Origin: an uncultured Solirubrobacterales bacterium
Lineage (GTDB): Bacteria; Actinomycetota; Thermoleophilia; Solirubrobacterales; 70-9
Direction of reading: 5' to 3'
Length of the DNA: 64,000 nucleotides
Assembly (NCBI GenBank): GCA_963848045.1
Contig: CAWKCC010000002.1
Coordinates: forward strand, 168,374 to 232,373
Shown: positions 1 to 10,723 of the stretch, piece by piece
Numbering within the stretch: the stretch's first letter is position 1
How the letters are laid out: each line of letters starts with the position of its first letter
Made by a program: the position numbers and the translations under genes
The notes under the pieces: model-generated
Database searches by the model: none
What the model was told of the DNA's origin: nothing
The model's input: only the letters and a program-made list of their open reading frames with translations

Positions 1-882
1 GCCTCCGACAACACGGTGTTCGCGCAGCTCGCGCTGGATCTCGGCCCGGAGGCGGTCGCCGACACGGCCAAGGACATGGGGATCGAGACCAAGCTGGACG
101 GGCTGCCCGCCGAGACGCTGGGAGGCCTGCGCCTCGGCGTCTCGCCGCTGGAGATCACCAACGCCTACGGCACCCTGGCCTCGGGTGGCATCCACAACAA
201 GCCGATCGCGATCCGAAAGGTCTCCTTCCCCGACGGCCACGTCGACGTGCTCGGCGAGCCGGAGCGCAATCGCGTGTTCGAGGACGGGGTCGCCTACGAG
301 GTGACGCAGATCCTCGAGGACAACGTCGACGCCGGCACCGGCACCGCGGCCGGCACCGGCTGCGGCGACGAGGCGGGCAAGACCGGCACCACTGACGACT
401 TCAACGACGCGATGTTCGTCGGCTACACACCCAGGCTCGTCACCGGCGTCTGGGTGGGCTATCCGGACGCGCTGATCTCGATGACCTCGGTGCACGGCAT
501 CAGCGTCGCCGGCGGCACCTTCCCGGCGCAGATCTGGCACGACTTCATGCAGGTCGCCCTCGACGGCAAATGCGAGTACTTCCCGGAGCCTGAGAACCCG
601 GTCGAGTTCATCCCCTTCAACGGCGAGTACACCTCCAACTACGGCGGCTCGTGCTCCGATGCGTCGATCGGCACCGGCGGCTCAGAGGGCGCCTACGGCT
701 GCTCCTCGACCGAGGAGGTGCCCGCGGAAAGCACGGAGACGGACACCAACGACGGCGCCTACGCTCCGGGGGTGGGCCAGAAGCCCGCGCCCAAACCCGA
801 GCCCAAGCCGAAGCCCGCGCCGAAGCCCGCGCCGGCGCCGCCTCCCGCACCGCCGCCCCCCAGCGGCGGCGTCATCCCCTGA
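1..882 (+). CDS. Class A penicillin-binding protein, C-terminal transpeptidase fragment (5' end outside window)
   Basis: The frame is open from nt 1. The translation has the KTG box (EAGKTGTTDDFNDAMFVGYTP) and PBP blocks (LRLGVSPLEITNAYGTLASGG). It ends in a Pro/Lys/Ala-rich tail (KPAPKPEPKPKPAPKPAPAPPPAPPPP). Confidence 0.85.
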   Translation, partial: ASDNTVFAQLALDLGPEAVADTAKDMGIETKLDGLPAETLGGLRLGVSPLEITNAYGTLASGGIHNKPIAIRKVSFPDGHVDVLGEPERNRVFEDGVAYEVTQILEDNVDAGTGTAAGTGCGDEAGKTGTTDDFNDAMFVGYTPRLVTGVWVGYPDALISMTSVHGISVAGGTFPAQIWHDFMQVALDGKCEYFPEPENPVEFIPFNGEYTSNYGGSCSDASIGTGGSEGAYGCSSTEEVPAESTETDTNDGAYAPGVGQKPAPKPEPKPKPAPKPAPAPPPAPPPPSGGVIP

Positions 883-947
883 CCGAGGCGCCTCGCCGCT
901 GGATCGGTATCGCCGCTCTGGCGACGCTGACCGCACTGGGACTGGCC

Positions 948-2135
948 ATGGCCGCGGCCGGCCCCGAGGTCGTGCCGGCGGTCGGTCGCGGAGGCGACCC
1001 CGGCTGGCTGCGAGGGGTCTTCGGGCAGGGTCTTGAGATCGATGGTGAGGCCTTCATCTGGCTCGAGCGCGCGGCGCTGGTCGCCTACGTCGTCGTGCTC
1101 GCCTGCGCCGCGGCGCTGCCGCGGCGGCTGTTGTGGGGGGCCATCGCCCTGCTGGTGGGCGCCTTCACGCTGGCTCCGCCGCTGCTCTCGCTCGACGTCT
1201 TCAGCTACATCTCCTATGCCCGGCTCGAGGGGCTGTACGGCGTCAACCCCTACGAGCTCGCCCCCTCGCGCGTCCCCGGGGACGCGGCCCTCGCCTTCGT
1301 CGAGGACTACCGCGACAAGGTCAGCGTCTACGGACCGCTGTTCACGCTCACGACCCTGCCCCTCGCGCAGCTGGGAGTCGCCGGCGCGCTCTGGACGCTG
1401 AAGGCGGTGGCGGGCGCGAGCGTGCTGGGCATCGCTCTCTTGGTCTCCCGCATGGCCGTGATGCGAGGCTCGGCGCCCGCCGCTGCGGCCGCGCTGGTCG
1501 CCCTCAATCCCCTCGTGCTGGTGCACGTGGTGGGCGGCGCGCACAACGACGCGCTGATGGCACTGCTGATGACGGCGGGCCTCGGCGCCGCCCTGGCCGA
1601 CCGCCAACTCGGCGCCGGCATCGGGCTGGTGGCCGCCGCCGGAGTCAAGGCCTCGGCCCTGCTGACGCTGCCGTTCGCACTGATCGGCTCCGAGCGGCGG
1701 GGCAGGCTGCTCGCCGGTACCGCGATCGCGGCGGCGCTGCTCGCCCTGACCAGCCTCTTGGCGTTCGGCTCGTCGGTGGACGAGGCGCTGAAGGTCGTGC
1801 GCGAGAACCAGGACACGGTGTCGCGGGCGAGCCTCCCCGCGGCGATCTCGAGCGAGCTCGGCCTCGACATCGACGGAGTGCGAGCCGCCGGCGTCGCGCT
1901 GTTCGCCGCGGCGCTGGCCGGCCTGCTCGCCTGGACGTGGCGCGGAGCCGATTGGGTGCGGGCGGCGGGCTGGGCGATGATCGCGCTGCTTGCGGCGACT
2001 GCGTACCTGACCCCTTGGTACGTGATCTGGGCCCTGCCGCTGGCGGCGATCGCGCGCGACCGCCAGCTCGTCGTGGCCTCGGTCGTCACCTCGGCCTTCC
2101 TGCTGCGCTACCAGGTGCCGGGGCTGGGCGGCTGA
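948..2135 (+). CDS. Polytopic membrane protein, GT-C-type glycosyl/mannosyltransferase-like (DUF2029/GT87-like)
   Basis: Multi-TM hydrophobic ORF in the track frame 651..2135. The first ~80-100 track codons are an Arg-rich read-through of the PBP tail, so the true start is probably near 879-948. There is an ATG at 948, but the TM helix IGIAALATLTALGLAMAAAG spans it, so an upstream non-ATG start is possible. Family assignment is from memory of actinobacterial polyprenol-phosphate-sugar transferases. Confidence 0.5.
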   Translation: MAAAGPEVVPAVGRGGDPGWLRGVFGQGLEIDGEAFIWLERAALVAYVVVLACAAALPRRLLWGAIALLVGAFTLAPPLLSLDVFSYISYARLEGLYGVNPYELAPSRVPGDAALAFVEDYRDKVSVYGPLFTLTTLPLAQLGVAGALWTLKAVAGASVLGIALLVSRMAVMRGSAPAAAAALVALNPLVLVHVVGGAHNDALMALLMTAGLGAALADRQLGAGIGLVAAAGVKASALLTLPFALIGSERRGRLLAGTAIAAALLALTSLLAFGSSVDEALKVVRENQDTVSRASLPAAISSELGLDIDGVRAAGVALFAAALAGLLAWTWRGADWVRAAGWAMIALLAATAYLTPWYVIWALPLAAIARDRQLVVASVVTSAFLLRYQVPGLGG

Positions 2136-2183
2136 TCGGAGCGCCGCTGGGCCTCGGCCCGCGTTCGGCCTAGCCTTCGGGAG

Positions 2184-3185
2184 ATGGCCGAGGGAGAATT
2201 CGACCTGATCGCGCAGCTTGCCGAGAAGCTGCCCTCGTCGGGCGAGCGGCTGCGGGTCGGCAGCGGCGACGACGCGGCGGTGACCGAGCCCACTGGCGCG
2301 GCGGCGGCGACGACGATCGACTCGCTTGTCGAGGGCGTGCACTTCACCCTGCCCGAGTTCCCGCTGCGCGCGGTCGGGCGCAAGGCGCTGGCGGCGGCCC
2401 TCTCGGACCTGGCCGCCATGGGGGCGCGGCCCGGCGAGGCCTACGTCGCGCTCGGTGTCCCGGAGAGCCTGGACCGGGCCGGCATGATCGAGCTCGCCTC
2501 GGGACTCGGCGAGGTAGCGGAGCGCGAGGGAGTCGCCGTCGCGGGCGGGGACGTGACCCGCGCGCCCGTGCTGTCGCTGACGGTCGCCTGCGTCGGCTAC
2601 GAGGCGCCCGGCGCCGCGCTGGTCACGCGCAGCGGCGCCCGCCCCGGCCAGGCGGTCGCGCTGACCGGCGAGCTCGGCGCCGCGGCCGCGGCGCTGGCCG
2701 CGCTGGGGATCGGCTCGCGGGCCGGACCCACCGGCGCGACGGGCCCCGACCAGGAGTTGCTGTCGCGCCAGTTCGACCCCCAGCCTCGCCTCGCGGCCGG
2801 CAGGGCCCTCGCCGAGAAGGGGGCGATGGCGATGATCGACATCAGCGACGGGCTCGGCGCCGACGCGGCCCACCTGGCGAGCGCCAGCGGTGCGCGCCTG
2901 GAGCTGGAGCTCTCGCTGATCCCGGTCTCCGGGGCGGCCCAGGGCGCCGTGGGGGGCGAACACGCCACCGAGCTGGCCCTGAGCGGCGGCGAGGACTACG
3001 AGTTGCTCGTCGCGCTGCCGCCCGAGGCCCTCAAGGCAGCAGCGGCAGCCGTCAGCGCGACTGGCACCAGCTTGACCAGGATCGGCCGCGTGGTCGAGGG
3101 CGAGGGCGTGCTGATCACCGACGAGCGCGGCGAGCCGGTGGAGGCCGGGGGCTTCGACCACATGCGGGGGTCGTCCGGGGGCTGA
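2184..3185 (+). CDS. thiL: Thiamine-monophosphate kinase
   Basis: N-terminus EFDLIAQL...VGSGDDAAV...IDSLVEGVHF, then RKALAAALSDLAAMGA and a C-terminal GFDH motif. These are typical of the ThiL/AIR-synthase-related fold. Confidence 0.85.
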   Translation: MAEGEFDLIAQLAEKLPSSGERLRVGSGDDAAVTEPTGAAAATTIDSLVEGVHFTLPEFPLRAVGRKALAAALSDLAAMGARPGEAYVALGVPESLDRAGMIELASGLGEVAEREGVAVAGGDVTRAPVLSLTVACVGYEAPGAALVTRSGARPGQAVALTGELGAAAAALAALGIGSRAGPTGATGPDQELLSRQFDPQPRLAAGRALAEKGAMAMIDISDGLGADAAHLASASGARLELELSLIPVSGAAQGAVGGEHATELALSGGEDYELLVALPPEALKAAAAAVSATGTSLTRIGRVVEGEGVLITDERGEPVEAGGFDHMRGSSGG

Positions 3186-5107
3186 GCTGGAGGCGGCGGC
3201 TCGTCTTCGGGCCGAGCCGGAAGCTCCTCCCCAGCCGCGCCACGGCGCTCGTCCGCGCCCCGCTCGGCTCGCTGCCGTCGGCGATCGGCTGCCTGCTCCC
3301 GTCGCTTCGCCTTGCCGCGCTCCAGCGCCCGGCCACGCTCGACCAGGTCCCGAAGTCCCGGCTGCCGGACATCCGGGGCCGGCGGCTTGCCGTTGGTCGC
3401 GATGATCGCCACCGCGGCACCGGCGAGTAGGCAGCCGAGCGCCGCCTGCGTGGCGCCGAGCTGACCCCCGGTGAGCATCAGCAGCAGGTCCCAGACGACT
3501 CCGAACCCGGCGTCGAAGCGCCTCGCGAGGTCGGCGACCGCGCCCGCCACGGGAAGCACGGCGGCGAGCGCCAGGCCCGCCGCCGCCAACCGCCGCGGCT
3601 GGGGCACCGCCCCAGCCGCGGCCGGCACCAGGAACTGGAGGCCGATGGCCACCAAGAGGCTGAGATAGGGGTTGAGCACCCAGAGCACCGCGGCGGCTGC
3701 GGCCGCAAGCAGCAGCGCGGCCGGCCCGGCGCACGCCGAGAGGCCGGGAGGAGGGGGAAGCAGCGGCCGCAGCAGGAATGCCACGGCCCCGGCCGCCAGC
3801 GCCGCGAGGGCGACGCCGAGCGCCCCTGCGAGCCCCACTCCCTCCTGCGCCGGGTCGAAGGGGAACACCGGCGAGGGGATCAAGCCGGCCAGCTCGAATG
3901 CGAAGATCAGGGCCAGCCCGGTCAGGAAGGGGACTGCGCGCAGCGCCGCCCATCCCAGGGCGCCCGCGGCCTGGGATGGGTTGCGCGCGGCCCTGGCGAT
4001 CGCCACTGCCGACACCAGGGCCGGCGGAAAGAGCATGGCCAGGGCCAGCATCGCCAGGGTCCAGCCCGGCAACAGGTTCCCGGCCAGCCCGATGTAGGTG
4101 CTTGGACCATGCGCGAGCGGGTCCTTCGCGGCATCGAGCGCGAGCAGCAGCGAAAGCGCGGAGCGACCGAAGCGGTCGATCGACTCGCTGTCGATGTCCG
4201 TGGCCTGGTCGCGGTCGGGCGGCAGCGGCAGCTCGCCGGCTGACGAGATGCGGATCGAGTCCAGACCCCCTTCGATCAGCGGCCCCTGCTCACCGAGCGC
4301 TGAGGGAATCGCGAGCCGGGAGAGCTCGGAGAGGGGGCCTTCGTCGCCCGCGGGCTGGTCGGCCTGCTCGGAGACGGTCTGGTTGGCGCTGCGGGCGAGC
4401 TTGATCGCGGTGCTCCCGGTCCCGGTCGAGAAGGGGACGACCAGCGGAGGCGAGGGATCGGCCGAAGCGGGCTGGCTCAGCACCACCGCGGCGTCGAGCA
4501 GATCGGCCTCCGTGTAGTCGGAGGCGAAGCGCTTGGCGCCCAGGGCGCCGATGCTGCCGCCGTCGGTGGAGACGAAGACCAGGGTCTTCTCGTGAGTGGT
4601 GCCCGAGAAGCCGGCGGCGATCTCGAGCAGCGCGGCGGTGGCCGCGATGCTGCCGGCGGCGCCGCTGCCCCGATCGGTGTCGCGGTGGGCAATCAGGGCC
4701 ACCTGCCGCTCGGACTGCCCGGGAAGCACCGCGATCAGGTTTCGGAGCTGGACGCCCTCACCCTCGTAAGAGGCCTCGAAGCGCTGCTCGGAGATCTCAG
4801 CCGATGGGATCGCCTCGAACCGCGCCTGGACCAGGTCCGCCAGCGCCTCGTCGGGCTCCGAGCCGGGACGGGGATCGGGCTGCGAGGCCGCGAGCTCGGC
4901 GGCCAGGGTGGCGGCGGCCGCGCCATCGAAGGCGTCGGGCGGCAGCGCGGGCCGCAGCGGCTCGGGCACCTCCTGAAGCGAGAACATCGCCACCACCAGC
5001 GCCACTGGCGCTGCGAGCAGTGCGGCTCTCCATAGGCGCAGGTCGATCACGGGTCGCAGTCCGGGGGTCCTGCCCGCTTTGGGCGCGAACCGCCTTCTAA
5101 CCTCCAA
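2996..5107 (-). CDS. Membrane protein with N-terminal M28-peptidase-like domain and C-terminal polytopic domain
   Basis: The block VALIAHRDTDRGSGAAGSIAATAALLEIAAGF...TLVFVSTDGGSIGALGAKRF resembles the M28 core, but the usual metal-ligand Asp/Glu-Glu positions look substituted, so the domain may be degenerate. About 8 hydrophobic helices follow, then an Arg/Glu-rich tail. The TTG at 5107 is only the first possible start. A GTG at 5050 (VIDLRLWRAALL...) is an alternative. Confidence 0.55.
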   Translation of the reverse strand: MEVRRRFAPKAGRTPGLRPVIDLRLWRAALLAAPVALVVAMFSLQEVPEPLRPALPPDAFDGAAAATLAAELAASQPDPRPGSEPDEALADLVQARFEAIPSAEISEQRFEASYEGEGVQLRNLIAVLPGQSERQVALIAHRDTDRGSGAAGSIAATAALLEIAAGFSGTTHEKTLVFVSTDGGSIGALGAKRFASDYTEADLLDAAVVLSQPASADPSPPLVVPFSTGTGSTAIKLARSANQTVSEQADQPAGDEGPLSELSRLAIPSALGEQGPLIEGGLDSIRISSAGELPLPPDRDQATDIDSESIDRFGRSALSLLLALDAAKDPLAHGPSTYIGLAGNLLPGWTLAMLALAMLFPPALVSAVAIARAARNPSQAAGALGWAALRAVPFLTGLALIFAFELAGLIPSPVFPFDPAQEGVGLAGALGVALAALAAGAVAFLLRPLLPPPPGLSACAGPAALLLAAAAAAVLWVLNPYLSLLVAIGLQFLVPAAAGAVPQPRRLAAAGLALAAVLPVAGAVADLARRFDAGFGVVWDLLLMLTGGQLGATQAALGCLLAGAAVAIIATNGKPPAPDVRQPGLRDLVERGRALERGKAKRREQAADRRRQRAERGADERRGAAGEELPARPEDEPPPPAQPPDDPRMWSKPPASTGSPRSSVISTPSPSTTRPILVKLVPVALTAAAAALRASGGSATSNS

Positions 5108-5109
5108 GC

Positions 5110-5820
5110 ATGGCGCGAAGACAGGCGCGCATCCTGCTTGTGGACGACGAGCAGGCCGTGCAGACGCTTCTCACCTACCCGCTCCGCAAGGAAGGGTATG
5201 AGGTCGTCCCCGCCTTGGATGGCCAGCAGGCGCTCGAGCGCTTCGCCGAACAGCGCTTCGACCTGGTCGTGCTCGACGTGATGCTGCCGAAGCTCGACGG
5301 GGTCGAGGTCTGCCGGCGCCTTCGCACCCGCAGCCAGGTGCCGATAATCATGCTGACCGCGAAGGGCGACGAGACCGACAAGGTCGCGGGCCTGGAGACG
5401 GGCGCCGACGACTACATCACCAAGCCCTTCTCGGTGCGCGAGTTCCGCAGCCGGGTCAAGGCCGCGCTGCGACGCGGAAACATGGCCGGCAGGGGCCCTG
5501 GCGGGGACGCGCCGATCAAGGCCGGCGAGCTGGAACTGGACTTCGAGCGTCGCGCGACCCGCCTGCATGGCGAGCCGGTGGCGCTCACCTACGTCGAGTT
5601 CGAGATCCTCTCAGCCCTGGCCGGGGCGCCGGGCCGGGTGTTCTCGCGCGAGATGCTGCTCGAGCACGTCTGGGGCGACTCGACCTACCGCGATCCCCGG
5701 ACCATCGACGTGCACATCCGCCACCTGCGCGAGAAGCTCGAGAACGAGCCCAAGCGGCCCGAGTACCTGTTCACCGTGCGCGGCGCGGGCTATCGGTTTC
5801 GCGACCCGGACGGCGAGTGA
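5110..5820 (+). CDS. OmpR/PhoB-family response regulator (MprA/MtrA-like)
   Basis: Receiver domain (RILLVDDE...DLVVLDVMLPKLDG...TAKG) plus a winged-helix C-terminus (LTYVEFEILSALA...VWG...RTIDVHIRHLREKLE...TVRGAGYRF). Confidence 0.9.
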   Translation: MARRQARILLVDDEQAVQTLLTYPLRKEGYEVVPALDGQQALERFAEQRFDLVVLDVMLPKLDGVEVCRRLRTRSQVPIIMLTAKGDETDKVAGLETGADDYITKPFSVREFRSRVKAALRRGNMAGRGPGGDAPIKAGELELDFERRATRLHGEPVALTYVEFEILSALAGAPGRVFSREMLLEHVWGDSTYRDPRTIDVHIRHLREKLENEPKRPEYLFTVRGAGYRFRDPDGE

Positions 5821-7264
5821 GCGGCCTCGACACGCTGCGCAACCGCCTGGTGGTGCTGATCTTCGCGATCACGGCCGCGGCGGTCGGCTTCGTCTATCTG
5901 TACGTCGTCCCGCAGCTCGAATCGAGCCTCACGGCCGAGAAGCTGCGTCGCCTGGAGCGGGTGGGTGAGGACGAGGGGGCACGGCTGGCGCGCGCCCTGG
6001 GGGGCGGCGCCGGCGCCGCCGAGCTGCGGCGCCTGATCGCCGACATCTCGCAGGAGACGGAGAGTCGCGTCACCCTGCTCGCGGTGGCGTCGCGCGACGG
6101 CAGCCCGACGCCGGGCTTCGTGATCACCGACTCCAGGGGCGAGGGCGCGGCTACGGAAGGCTCCTACCCGGCCGCCGGTGCCGCGCTCGAAACGGGTGGG
6201 GTGCGCTCGGGGATAGAGTCGATCGGCGGCGAGCGCGTCGGGGCATCGGCGGTTCCGGTCACGGTGGGGGGCCGGACGCTGGGGGTCGCCGTGCTCTCCA
6301 GCCCGCTCGACGAGGTGGACGACAACGTGGCGTTGATCCGCCGCCAGATCCTGATCGCGGGCCTGATCGCGATCGTGGCCGCGGGCCTCGTCGGCTTCTA
6401 CGCAGCCGGGATCGTGTCGCGCCGCCTGCGACGGCTTCAGCTCGCCGCCGAGACCGTGGCAAGGGGCGACTTCAGCCAGCCGATCCCGATCGAGTCCCAC
6501 GACGAGCTGGGCCAGCTTGCGCTCGCCTTCAACGAGATGCAGCGGCGCCTGGAACGCCTGGACAGCACGCGCAAGGAATTCATCGCCAATGCCTCTCACG
6601 AATTGCGAACCCCGATCTTCTCGCTCGGGGGCTTCGTCGAGCTGCTCGAGACCGACGAGCCGAGCGCCAAGGAGCGCAGGCAGTTCGTCGCCGAGATGCG
6701 CGGTCAGGTCGAGCGGCTGCAGAAGCTCACCCTCGACCTGCTCGACCTCTCCAGGCTGGACGCCGACGCAATGGAGATCAGCCGGGAGCCGGTGGACCTC
6801 GGGGCGCTGGCGCGCGAGACGGTGGCCGAGTTCCGCGCACGCGCGCAGCGGCGCGGCTCCAAGCTGCAGCTTCGTGGCCGTGGAGAGGCCTTGGCAATGG
6901 CCGACCCCGGCCGAGTGGCCCAGATCATTCGTATCCTCATTGACAATGCGCTCACGCACACACAGGAGGGGTCCACGGTGACCGTCACCGCGGACAGCGG
7001 CGAGGCCGCGGCCGAGCTGATAGTGGGGGACGATGGCCGCGGGATCGAGCCCCGCGCCATCGACAGGGTCTTCGACCGCTTCTACACGGGGGACGCTTCG
7101 GCCGGATCGGGCCTGGGCCTGGCGATCGCCGACCAGCTCGCCTCCCGCATGGGCGGCAGCCTCGGTGTCGTCTCGCAGCGCGGCTTCACCGCCTTCACCC
7201 TCTCGCTCCCACCAGCCGATCCGAGCGGGCCGAAGCAGCGCCGGACCCGAACGCGAGCAGCCGC

Positions 7265-7268
<4 letters not shown>
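5817..7268 (+). CDS. Sensor histidine kinase (HAMP-HisKA-HATPase)
   Basis: Two TM segments, a HAMP region, the H-box FIANASHELRTPIFSL, an N-box LIDNALTHT, and G-boxes GDDGRGI / GSGLGLAIA. The GTG start overlaps the regulator stop (GTGA). Confidence 0.9.
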
Positions 7269-8439
<1,171 letters not shown>

Positions 8440-8443
<4 letters not shown>

Positions 8444-9372
8444 GCACCGGCATCCGCGAGCTCTGCGTCGAGCTCGCCGAGACCCTGCGCGCCGAGATAG
8501 CGCCCCAGCTGGGCGCACACTCCGCGCGCGAGCACGCGGGGGAGGCCGCAGGCGGCGACGTCACCTTCGCGATCGACGAGAGCGCCGAGGCCCGCATGGA
8601 GGCCTTCCTGGCCGAGCGCGCCCCGGAGGTGGCCTTCTACTCCGAGGACCGCGGCATGGTGGCGGCCTCCGGCGGCGACGCGGAGTGGGTGCTGATCGTC
8701 GATCCGATCGACGGAACCCGCCCCGCACTCGCGGGCCTCGAATCGTGCTGCGTATCGATCGCCGCGGCGCGACTCGAGCGAGAGCCGACCATCTCCGACG
8801 TGCAGGCCGGCTGCATCGTCGAGCTCAAGAGCGGCGCCCGTTTCGTCGCCGAGCGGGGCAGGGGGCTGCAGCCCGCCGCCGTGCTCTCCACCAACAGCGC
8901 GATCGGGCGGATGTTCTGGACCTACGGGCTGCGGGGCCGGCCCACGCGGCTGCTGATGGAGGTCTTGGCCGAGCTCGTCGACGACTCCTCGGTGGGGGGC
9001 GCGAGCTTCGATCTGGGCTCCGCGACCTTCGACATGACGCGGATCGTGACCGGCCAGCTCGATGCCTACATCGAGCCGGGGCCGCGGATCGTCGAGGACG
9101 TGCCGGGGGCCCGTGAGCAGTTCGAGCGGGTGGGCGGGGGTGCGATCCTCAACAACTCGCCCTATGACCTGGCCGCGGCGGTGCTCTGCCTCGAAGAGGC
9201 CGGCGCGACCGTCACCGACGCCTACGGCGAGAGGATCGACGACCGCCGCCTGCTCGGCTCCACCCACGAGTTCCAGATCTCCTGCGTCGCCGCCGCCGAC
9301 CGCGATCTGCACGCTGCGATCTGCCGCGCGCTCGATGCCGGGATCGAGCGCCTCGCCGCAGCCGGCGGCTGA
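8440..9372 (+). CDS. Inositol-monophosphatase (IMPase/SuhB/CysQ) family phosphatase
   Basis: Motifs FYSEDRG, WVLIVDPIDGTRP and a C-terminal YDLAAAVLCLEEAGA. The first ATG/GTG/TTG in frame is 8596, but family-like sequence with high GC3 continues upstream to about 8443. The start given here is a provisional CTG at 8440 (see findings). Confidence 0.7.
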
Positions 9373-9467
9373 GGGCCTCAGATCCCCTCGCCCCGCTACC
9401 TTTCCCGCCTGATCACTCGACCGAGAGAAGAGCGGCGGCAGGGCCACCGGGGACTCTGGGAGCCACG

Positions 9468-10706
9468 TTGCTGCAAGAGGTGAGCCTGGGCAGCAAGTCG
9501 CTGTCGGACTACACGCACCTCGTCGGCAAGGGTCAGGTCGAGGAGATCCGCGCGCTCGCCGAGACGCTCAGGGGCAAGCGCGTCCTGAACATCAGCGCCA
9601 CCGCCTTCGGCGGCGGCGTCTCGGAGATCCTCTACACGCTGGTTCCCCTGATGCGGGACGTCGGGCTCGAGACCTCGTGGCAGATCATCATGGGGCGCGA
9701 GGAGTTCTTCAACGCGACGAAGCTCCTCCACAACTCCCTCCAGGGTGACCCGAGCTCGCTGACCGCCGAGCAGTGGGAGCTGTTCGACCGCTACAACGAG
9801 ATCAACGCCGAGAGCCTCGAGGACGAGTGGGACTTCGTGATCGTCCACGACCCCCAGCCGGTCGGGATGAAGGGGGGCGCGCAGGCGCACGGCAAGCACT
9901 GGATCTGGCGCTGCCACATCGACCTCTCCGAGCCCAACCCGGATCCGATCGAGCGCCTCCTGCCCCTGATCAGCGGCTACGACGCGAGCGTCTGGCATAT
10001 GGAGCAGTACGTGCCGTCGGGGATGAACGGGCACGGCGGGGTGCAGATCGTGCCGCCGGCGATCGACCCGCTGTCGCCGAAGAACATGGCCTTCTCTCCC
10101 GACGATGCCTCGTACGTCTGCGAGCAGTTCGGCATCGATATCGACCGCCCCCTGATGTGCCAGGTCTCGCGCTTCGATCCCTGGAAGGACCCGATCGGCG
10201 TGATCGACGCCTACCGGCAGGTCAACGAGCAGGTCCCCGAGGTCCAGCTCGCCCTGGTGGGCTCGATGGCCACGGACGACCCCGAGGGCTGGGAGTTCTT
10301 CCAGCGCACCTACGAGTACGCGGCCGACGACCCCGACGTCAAGATCCTCAACAACCTCAACAACGTCGGCGCGATCGAGATCAACGCCTTCCAGTCGCAG
10401 GCCGACGTGCTGCTGCAGAAGTCGATCCGCGAGGGGTTCGGGCTGACCGTAGCCGAGGGCCTCTGGAAGGGCAGGCCGGTGATCGGCGGCGATGTGGGCG
10501 GCATCCCGCTGCAGATCGTCGACGGCGAGAGCGGCTTCCTGGTCTCCTCGCCCGAGCAGGCAGCGCAGCGCTCGATAGAGATCCTCAAGGACCCCGGCCT
10601 CGGTAGGCACCTCGGCCGGGCCGGCAAGGAGCGCACCCGCGAGCGCTTCCTGACGCCGCGGCTGCTGCTCGACTGGCTGCGGATGTTCACAGCGCTGGAG
10701 AGCTAG
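9468..10706 (+). CDS. treT: Trehalose glycosyltransferring synthase (TreT-type, GT4)
   Basis: The N-terminus closely matches remembered TreT sequences (VLNISATAFGGGVSEILYTLVPLMRDVGLETSWQII.GREEFFNATKLLHNSLQG). The C-terminal GT-B block is LLQKSIREGFGLTVAEGLWKGRPVIGGDVGGIPLQI. TTG start preceded by GGGAG. Confidence 0.8.
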   Translation: MLQEVSLGSKSLSDYTHLVGKGQVEEIRALAETLRGKRVLNISATAFGGGVSEILYTLVPLMRDVGLETSWQIIMGREEFFNATKLLHNSLQGDPSSLTAEQWELFDRYNEINAESLEDEWDFVIVHDPQPVGMKGGAQAHGKHWIWRCHIDLSEPNPDPIERLLPLISGYDASVWHMEQYVPSGMNGHGGVQIVPPAIDPLSPKNMAFSPDDASYVCEQFGIDIDRPLMCQVSRFDPWKDPIGVIDAYRQVNEQVPEVQLALVGSMATDDPEGWEFFQRTYEYAADDPDVKILNNLNNVGAIEINAFQSQADVLLQKSIREGFGLTVAEGLWKGRPVIGGDVGGIPLQIVDGESGFLVSSPEQAAQRSIEILKDPGLGRHLGRAGKERTRERFLTPRLLLDWLRMFTALES

Positions 10707-10723
10707 CGTGCTACAACAGCCAG

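Noticed and set aside
759-3953. 1064-aa ORF on the - strand spanning the PBP tail, the GT-C-like gene, thiL and beyond
   Set aside because: The translation is monotonous Arg/Gly/Ala/Pro with no recognisable domain. It is antisense to ORFs with clear homology (thiL, membrane protein). This is a typical stop-codon-poor artefact of GC-rich DNA.
5105-5112. Back-to-back divergent start codons (TTG 5107 on - and ATG 5110 on +) suggesting two leaderless genes sharing a 2-bp spacer
   Set aside because: The TTG is merely the first possible start of the - strand ORF. A GTG at 5050, directly before the signal-anchor helix, gives a normal 59-bp divergent spacer. There is no evidence for the longer form.
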